DNA of 60,064 nucleotides from contig JBDHWW010000021.1 in NCBI GenBank assembly GCA_039810425.1, positions 1 to 60,064 of the forward strand. The letters are read 5' to 3'. The stretch comes from Pseudobdellovibrionaceae bacterium. GTDB lineage: Bacteria; Bdellovibrionota; Bdellovibrionia; Bdellovibrionales; Bdellovibrionaceae. The notes below the pieces were generated by a model. The model saw only the letters and a program-made list of their open reading frames with translations, was not told where the DNA came from and did no database searches. Positions 54,418 through 60,064 of this stretch are shown one piece after another. How positions within the stretch are numbered: position 1 is the first letter of the stretch; each line of letters begins with the position of its first letter. The translations under genes and the position numbers were made by a program.

Positions 54418-57400
54418 GCACTTCTTCCTTCATCGTCATTGCCGGATGTCCAGTTTGGCGGCGACTTTTAAGTGCACGGAACTGTTCTATGGTCAGAGAG
54501 TGAATGCGTGAGTTTTTAGAGCCTTCGTTATGGACCATGTGCACATAATCCACATAGTCCTGAATGACATGGATTTTCTGTAAAGGGGTGACGACGAGAA
54601 GCTGTAAATTCAATTTCTCAAAAAGTGTAAGTCCATAGCGGGCGCTGTCGTCAGAGCCTCGGCCGAAGGCTTCATCAATCATTACAAAGCGGAAGGACTT
54701 CGGCGTGTCCTGACTGCCATCAATACCGTATTGGTAAGCCAAGGCAGAGGCCAGCACGGTGTAGGCCAGTTTCTCTTTTTGTCCACCGGACTTTCCCCCA
54801 GCATCTGGGTAAAATTCTTTTTCCGTCATATCACTTTGGAATCTTTCGGAAGCTGCGAAGGTAAACCAGTTTCGCACGTCGGTCACTTTGTGGGTCCATT
54901 TACGGTCGACCTCTAGAAATTGCGGACGACCTTTGAATCGGTCAATAATATTTTTGACCTCTAGGAATTTCTGTTCTGTATAGACGCTATCGGGCCCCAT
55001 TGTATTTGAGAGGATCACGCGCAAGTCGTTGCGGAATTGTACGATCTCCTGGTCAATGCTTTTATTCGGTAAAAGACAGATGTAAGTGCCAGGATTGTAG
55101 TCAATATCGCGCAGGCAGGCATTGATCACTTCGATTTTGCTTTCGATTATACGCTGCTCTTTTAATAGCAGTTCCTGGAATATCGCCATACCATTGATAG
55201 TGTCTTCTTTAAGTTTCTTATAGAAGCGGGTTTCATGGCGAGGAAGATCTTCGGTTTCCAGTGTTTTTAACAAAGCACGGACTTCACCCAGACTTTCAAG
55301 TGCAGCGTCAAAATTGACGGAGTATTCCTTAAAGGAGTGCAAGAAGTCCCGGATGCCGAGAACGATCTTGTCCTTTTTGCGTCCCAGAGCTTTGTCTAAG
55401 GCATCAATCCGGCTCTGAATGCTCTTTCTTAACTCGCTCTCACGTTTTTCAATATTTCCCAAGGTTAGCTCTGCAAGCAGATTCTGTTCTGCCGCCAGGC
55501 GTGTAATTTCCGAGGACAAGGTGGCCGTCAGCTGAGCGTCTCCCAGTTCGAGGATCTCGCGCGTTTGTTTTAAGAGCGCGGTGTGGTAGGAGATATTTGC
55601 TCCAAGCTTGCCATCCTCTTTTTGCAATTCACCCAAGTGGGTGTCCAATTCTTTTATCTTTTTATCAGCGGCTTCGATAAGTCCCTTCAAAGTGGCAAGA
55701 ACATCGGACTCTTGGCTGATTTTGGCGATCTGTTTGCCGAGTTCTTCGATGTTCTCGGCGAGCCCCTGCCAAAAGATCTCTTCGAATGTTTGAAAGTGTA
55801 AAAGCCCTTCACATGACTGAAGTTGTTTGGTAAGGCTCGCACGTTTATTCACAATACCTGTGACCTGTTCGATCTTCGTTTGACCTTGGGTTTGCAGCTG
55901 GTGCAGTTGTTCTTTAAGAACCCGGATTTTTTCCTTATTGGACCAGCCCAGGATATAGCGGGAGCGGTCACTGACGGGATAGCGATCATCTTTTTCGTGT
56001 TTTTTTGCCGAAACTTTCATTTGCCCTTTGATGGAGAGGGCCTTTAAGTGGCGCTGAAACTCTTCGATGGTCTCACAACATTCGAAATTAAAATTAGATT
56101 CTAATTCATGGCGGAGCCAATCAAAGAAAACTGAATCCCGGCGGAAGTCGATTTTGCTGGGGAGTGACTGGGCGGAAAAACGCGTGATACTCATTTTTTC
56201 CGCTTTGACCCGGAAGTAGACCACCTTGCCGCGCAAATGCGTGTCGTTGACGTAACGGGAGACTCTGTCGTAGTGCTCATCAGCGACTAGGAGGCTCAGA
56301 CCGAAATTGCGCAGGAGTCTTTCAATGGCGCCTTCCCATTTAGCCTCACTGGGTTTTACTTGCAAAAGTTCGCCGACAAAGGGTAGCTCAGCCTCGGTCA
56401 GACCTAAAGCACGGGCGATCTCATCGCGAACTTTGAGACTTATGAAAGGAATATTGGATTGACGCTGACGAAGAGATTCGATTTCCTGATTTAAAAGATC
56501 TTCTTCTTTCTGGAGTTGTGAAACTTCGATCTTTATGGCAATGAAATCCTGTTCAGCGGTTGCTTGCTGTTTCGCCAGATCTTGCTTTTTGTTTTGCACC
56601 TCATTTTTTTGTGCCACAAAATCATCAATCGAAAGGGGCGTGGCCAATTCCAGATTTTTACAGTGCTCTTGATAGCGCTGCTCTTGGTGGCGACGACGAT
56701 CTCTTTCTTTTTCTCTTTGCTGTTTTTCGGCCTCTAAACTCTGAATGCGACCACCGCCGTTATCGTGAAGGGCCGTTGCCAGCTTAAAGCGGTCCTGCCG
56801 CTCCTCGCCCAGATCGATTTCTATTTTTTCAATGCGCTGGTTGTTTTTTTCCTGTTTTTCCTTGAATCGGGCAATGGCCTGTTCCAGTAGCTCCATTTTT
56901 TTTGTGGCAAAATAATTTTGCAGTAACTCCCGGCACTGAACTTGCGAGTGGTGAAGGTTTAATTCTTGCTCGTGGTACAGGCCCAATTCTGAAATGGGTT
57001 TTAACATGTCAATCTGTTGGCGGGCGGTGAGGATTGCGGCATGGGCGCTGCGCAGATCCTCGAAGGATGCGCACAGCTCTTCGATTTGATTTTCGATATC
57101 GGTTTTTTCCAGCATGTGCTGCCTAATGAACTCGGTTAGATTTCCTACCGACTTCATAGAAACGGCTTGGTAAAAAAGATCCAGGGCTTGTTCACTTTTG
57201 ATGCCAAACTCCTGGCGAAAGCGAGTGCTGTATTCTTTAAACGACTCTGTCACGTCAAAATTTCGTTTGCGCAACGCTTGGCGGATTTCGGAGATGTCTT
57301 TGCGGACGTTCAAAAAGTCCTTTTCGATAGAAAGATTTTCATTTGCGAACACATAGAAGTGGTCCGGATTTTTTTCTCCCTTTTTGATGCGGAATACCTG

Positions 57401-57805
57401 CGCCAAAGTGACTGTTCTTTGTGTGGATTCGTTGGTGAATGCCGCCAGGATCACGCTGTGGGAGGACTCATCACGCAAGGTTAACAACCGGCTGGTGCCG
57501 GTCTGAGGGTCTTGCTCATTTCCGTAGGCGCCGCGTATGTAAGTATAAAGGCTGCGCTCCTGCTTTTCGGCCCCGGCCGCCTTATTGAAGGTGATTTTGT
57601 GAGAGGGGACCAGAAGTTTAGTCAGCGCATCTACCAGGGATGATTTTCCTGAACCGACATCTCCCGTTAAAAGGTTTTGCCCACGGGCCGTATTCAGATG
57701 GCAGATATGTTTGTGAAAGGTTCCCCAGTTATAAACCTCCACTCGGTCCAGACGAAAACCGGGACGGCGGGCTTCGCCGAAGAGATCAAGTTGATTGTTT
57801 TGCAT
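54404..57805 (-). CDS. jetC: Wadjet SMC-like ATPase JetC
   Basis: VYNWGTF, TGDVGSGKS, long coiled coils, KSGGQKEK, VMIDEAF, VVTP. Confidence 0.93.
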   Translation of the reverse strand: MQNNQLDLFGEARRPGFRLDRVEVYNWGTFHKHICHLNTARGQNLLTGDVGSGKSSLVDALTKLLVPSHKITFNKAAGAEKQERSLYTYIRGAYGNEQDPQTGTSRLLTLRDESSHSVILAAFTNESTQRTVTLAQVFRIKKGEKNPDHFYVFANENLSIEKDFLNVRKDISEIRQALRKRNFDVTESFKEYSTRFRQEFGIKSEQALDLFYQAVSMKSVGNLTEFIRQHMLEKTDIENQIEELCASFEDLRSAHAAILTARQQIDMLKPISELGLYHEQELNLHHSQVQCRELLQNYFATKKMELLEQAIARFKEKQEKNNQRIEKIEIDLGEERQDRFKLATALHDNGGGRIQSLEAEKQQREKERDRRRHQEQRYQEHCKNLELATPLSIDDFVAQKNEVQNKKQDLAKQQATAEQDFIAIKIEVSQLQKEEDLLNQEIESLRQRQSNIPFISLKVRDEIARALGLTEAELPFVGELLQVKPSEAKWEGAIERLLRNFGLSLLVADEHYDRVSRYVNDTHLRGKVVYFRVKAEKMSITRFSAQSLPSKIDFRRDSVFFDWLRHELESNFNFECCETIEEFQRHLKALSIKGQMKVSAKKHEKDDRYPVSDRSRYILGWSNKEKIRVLKEQLHQLQTQGQTKIEQVTGIVNKRASLTKQLQSCEGLLHFQTFEEIFWQGLAENIEELGKQIAKISQESDVLATLKGLIEAADKKIKELDTHLGELQKEDGKLGANISYHTALLKQTREILELGDAQLTATLSSEITRLAAEQNLLAELTLGNIEKRESELRKSIQSRIDALDKALGRKKDKIVLGIRDFLHSFKEYSVNFDAALESLGEVRALLKTLETEDLPRHETRFYKKLKEDTINGMAIFQELLLKEQRIIESKIEVINACLRDIDYNPGTYICLLPNKSIDQEIVQFRNDLRVILSNTMGPDSVYTEQKFLEVKNIIDRFKGRPQFLEVDRKWTHKVTDVRNWFTFAASERFQSDMTEKEFYPDAGGKSGGQKEKLAYTVLASALAYQYGIDGSQDTPKSFRFVMIDEAFGRGSDDSARYGLTLFEKLNLQLLVVTPLQKIHVIQDYVDYVHMVHNEGSKNSRIHSLTIEQFRALKSRRQTGHPAMTMKEEVLEPQ

Positions 57806-58376
57806 GGTTTTCGTACTCCTGCAGGCGTTGGTCCATAGTTTCCAAAATTTGAGCGTCGAAGAGAGCGGCAATCACGCGAAGCACTTCCAACTTTTTCGCG
57901 TCATGGGTGAGTCTGCGCAAAACTCCCATGGTGATGGCTTTCTCAATCAGTGCTTCGACCGCTTTTCCTTGTTGTACCTCATGAGTGGAGGCGGGAAGGA
58001 AAATCTTCAGCATTTCCAAAATTTCCTTTTGATCCAGCACCAGCCGCGGATCGCTGGAACTGGATTCGTGTTCCGCCATTTTTTTGCGCAGTAAAGCCAG
58101 CAGTACACTCAGCTCAAAAGAGAGTTCTCGCTGTTGCACCAGACGCGGCAAGGCTTGAGTTTCTTCGGAGGCTTCTTCCGGAGAACTTTCTTGTCTCAAA
58201 AAAGCAAATCCGTAGTCGCGATGAATGAACAAACTTAAACCCAGATGGGCGAAGTACTCTTTGAGTTCCTCTTCATACTTAGATAGGTTTTGCCAAAGCT
58301 CAGAAGACCCTTCCCGGTAAAGAGGGCCTTTGAGCAAGGCGATAAGGACACGGGAGCGATGTATTTCAAACTGCAT
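57786..58376 (-). CDS. jetB: Wadjet JetB (DUF4194)
   Basis: LLKGPLYRE...W..L...YF..LGL...GFAFLRQ, LSFELSVLLALLRK; TAATG overlap with jetA. Confidence 0.88.
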   Translation of the reverse strand: MQFEIHRSRVLIALLKGPLYREGSSELWQNLSKYEEELKEYFAHLGLSLFIHRDYGFAFLRQESSPEEASEETQALPRLVQQRELSFELSVLLALLRKKMAEHESSSSDPRLVLDQKEILEMLKIFLPASTHEVQQGKAVEALIEKAITMGVLRRLTHDAKKLEVLRVIAALFDAQILETMDQRLQEYENHAKQST

Positions 58377-59857
58377 TAAGTCGTCCTTTGAAAGAGAGTG
58401 ACGGGACAATGGATTTTTTTAATTCCGGGCGTTTGGTTTTCAATTGGGGCGGCCAGTGTGTATACGAATTTCTGACTCCGAGAAATATGGCTACCCTGAC
58501 GGGTCTCCGCAATTTTGAGGTAAGTGAGAATTTCTGGAATGCCTTTTTCGGGAGGATGCTGGCGGAGGACTTCCTCCAATGAGATCTGATCTTTTGCCAT
58601 TAAGAGTCTTTCAATAGTGTCGCGCAAAGCGTTTTCATCCACGTAGAAAGCTTCGAACAACTGGTCAAAGACAGCGTCTTCAGATGTTGTACTCTCTAGA
58701 TTCGGTATCTCCAAGGGGGGCACTTCCTTGACGGTAAAAAGAGGCCTGTTGAGGCTCAAATCGAAACTGGGCTTCAACTCGTCCACAGAAAAAAAGTTTT
58801 TAGGCTTGGCGATCTCGCGCAGAGCCAGGGCTCTTTTTTCAATGGAGCTCACCAGTTCTACGATGCGTTTATTTTCCGCCCTTCCTTTATCGGCTAAATA
58901 TTTGCTCAGTTGATTGTTCAGGGTGTTGTTGACGACATAAACTTTGTGCCCCGCTTCGACTAGAAAATCCTTGAATTGGGGTAGGACTCTTTTATCAGGC
59001 AAAGAGGAAACCGTCGGTTCACGTAAAATTTTGTGCAACATTTCTTCAAAGTCCTGGTGCCGATCGGTTTGAATCAGGAATTCCCAAAAGGCCCGGAAGC
59101 TTCGGCCCTGGTCGCTATCGGTGATGGCATCTTGCTCGCCAAAAATATCATCAATCATGGCTCCTTTGGTTTTTTCGGTGCGCATGATTTTCTCTCGGAT
59201 CCCACGGTCCAAAGAACGGAAATTTTCCTCCACCTGGCGAAAATCCGACAAGAGTGCGGTGGCGGTGTCTTCGAGTTGATAATATCTTTCTTTGATTTGA
59301 GTGGGGGCTAATCGCGCTGTCTCATGCCCTCGCCGTAGGAAAGAGATCTGTTCTTCAAGGTCTCTTTTCTTTTCTTCAAAATCTTCGATCAATCGCTGGG
59401 GATCAGTTTCAAGTTTCTGATTCAATTCTTTCAACAGCTGGTAGATTGTCAGTAACCGCGATTCGGTGCCCACAAAACTGCGTGGCTGCAAATTTTCCAA
59501 CCAGCGTAAGGCCTTTTCGGCGTCGGTCGTAAGATCCACCTCGGGCATGTCCGTACGGCCTGTGTAACGTTGGCTCAACCAGGGGAGTTCCGGAGAGCTC
59601 CAGATTTCTATATATTCTTTAGCAGTTCGAGACGGTGCTTCTTCCGGATGTTTTTGTTGAAGTACGTAAAGAAAGTGTTCTAACTCATCTGTGAGCTCGA
59701 TGAGTGATAAGGAGCGGCGGTTGGCTTGGATAAAAACTTTATAGAGAAAACTACAAATGAAAGGTGATGAATCTGCGCATAAAAGCTTCCATGCGGCATT
59801 GAATTTTCTTAATGTCTGAAGCCGTTCAAATGAAAGTTCCTCTTTATTGTTGAGCAT
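58376..59857 (-). CDS. jetA: Wadjet JetA (DUF3375)
   Basis: AWKLL.AD, FVGTESRL, LLSDFRQVEENFR.LD, SDQGRSF.AFWEFL. Confidence 0.9.
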   Translation of the reverse strand: MLNNKEELSFERLQTLRKFNAAWKLLCADSSPFICSFLYKVFIQANRRSLSLIELTDELEHFLYVLQQKHPEEAPSRTAKEYIEIWSSPELPWLSQRYTGRTDMPEVDLTTDAEKALRWLENLQPRSFVGTESRLLTIYQLLKELNQKLETDPQRLIEDFEEKKRDLEEQISFLRRGHETARLAPTQIKERYYQLEDTATALLSDFRQVEENFRSLDRGIREKIMRTEKTKGAMIDDIFGEQDAITDSDQGRSFRAFWEFLIQTDRHQDFEEMLHKILREPTVSSLPDKRVLPQFKDFLVEAGHKVYVVNNTLNNQLSKYLADKGRAENKRIVELVSSIEKRALALREIAKPKNFFSVDELKPSFDLSLNRPLFTVKEVPPLEIPNLESTTSEDAVFDQLFEAFYVDENALRDTIERLLMAKDQISLEEVLRQHPPEKGIPEILTYLKIAETRQGSHISRSQKFVYTLAAPIENQTPGIKKIHCPVTLFQRTT

Positions 59858-59864
59858 AGCCTCT

Positions 59865-59893
59865 TAGATAAACAAGGATGACTCTGGTGGCAA
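59865..59893 (-). promoter_or_regulatory. Candidate sigma70 promoter of the jet operon
   Basis: TTGCCA-N17-TATCTA, 7 nt upstream of the jetA ATG. Confidence 0.4.
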
Positions 59894-60064
59894 GAGGCTA
59901 GAAGAAATGAAGTGCTCAATTTGTAGATTTTATTAACCTTCAAGATATCCGTAGAAGGGTTTGGAGCCCAATTAAGCCCCCCTCAGCTGGAGGCAACGGT
60001 TTAAAAAGGGACGAATTTCACCGGAATACCGGGGCCATGGTCTAGAGGTGGTCACCGGAGTTTG

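Noticed and set aside
52271..59998. GTTGCCCCTTCAGGCTG versus CAGCTGGAGGCAAC as terminal inverted repeats of the island
   Set aside because: Only a short gapped match, with no target duplication or transposase visible.
60030..60064. GGGGCCATGGTCTAGAGG resembling a tRNA 5' end
   Set aside because: D-arm does not close and the sequence is cut by the window edge.
1..60064. CRISPR array, rRNA or tRNA
   Set aside because: No regularly spaced direct repeats or RNA-gene signatures seen by eye.

Overview
Bacterial chromosomal window of roughly 50% GC (estimated by eye). The gene content points to a Bdellovibrio-like organism (Bdellovibrionota; inference): TIGR02147 regulators, many orphan beta-barrels and lipoproteins, a short divergent PEP carboxylase and sigma28-type promoters. 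Positions 1-48700 are mostly core or lineage-specific genes: LysR, PPDK-regulatory kinase, nusB, nrdR, RsmB-family methylase, lemA/GIDE, lgt, hisS, a Zrg-like ABC system, greB, GT39, LMF1, mtgA, BCP, patatin, a lytic transglycosylase and ppc. Embedded among them are (i) a FecR-Fn3 / Fn3-beta-barrel / HAMP-adenylate cyclase operon that looks like a trans-envelope cAMP signalling system, (ii) a TIGR02147 gene between two paralogous Cys-rich lipoproteins behind an AT-rich palindromic operator, and (iii) a RAYT-like Y1 transposase fragment plus a 25-bp REP-like inverted doublet. From about 48900 the region is accessory: two internally deleted pseudogenes not in the ORF track, a nitrilase-GNAT-GNAT fusion, a truncated methyltransferase, a PIN toxin with an unrecognised antitoxin, and a complete type I Wadjet (jetABCD) whose JetC starts with a QLDLF beta-clamp-type motif. 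No tRNA, rRNA or CRISPR array was seen. All family calls come from motif recognition by eye; no searches were run.
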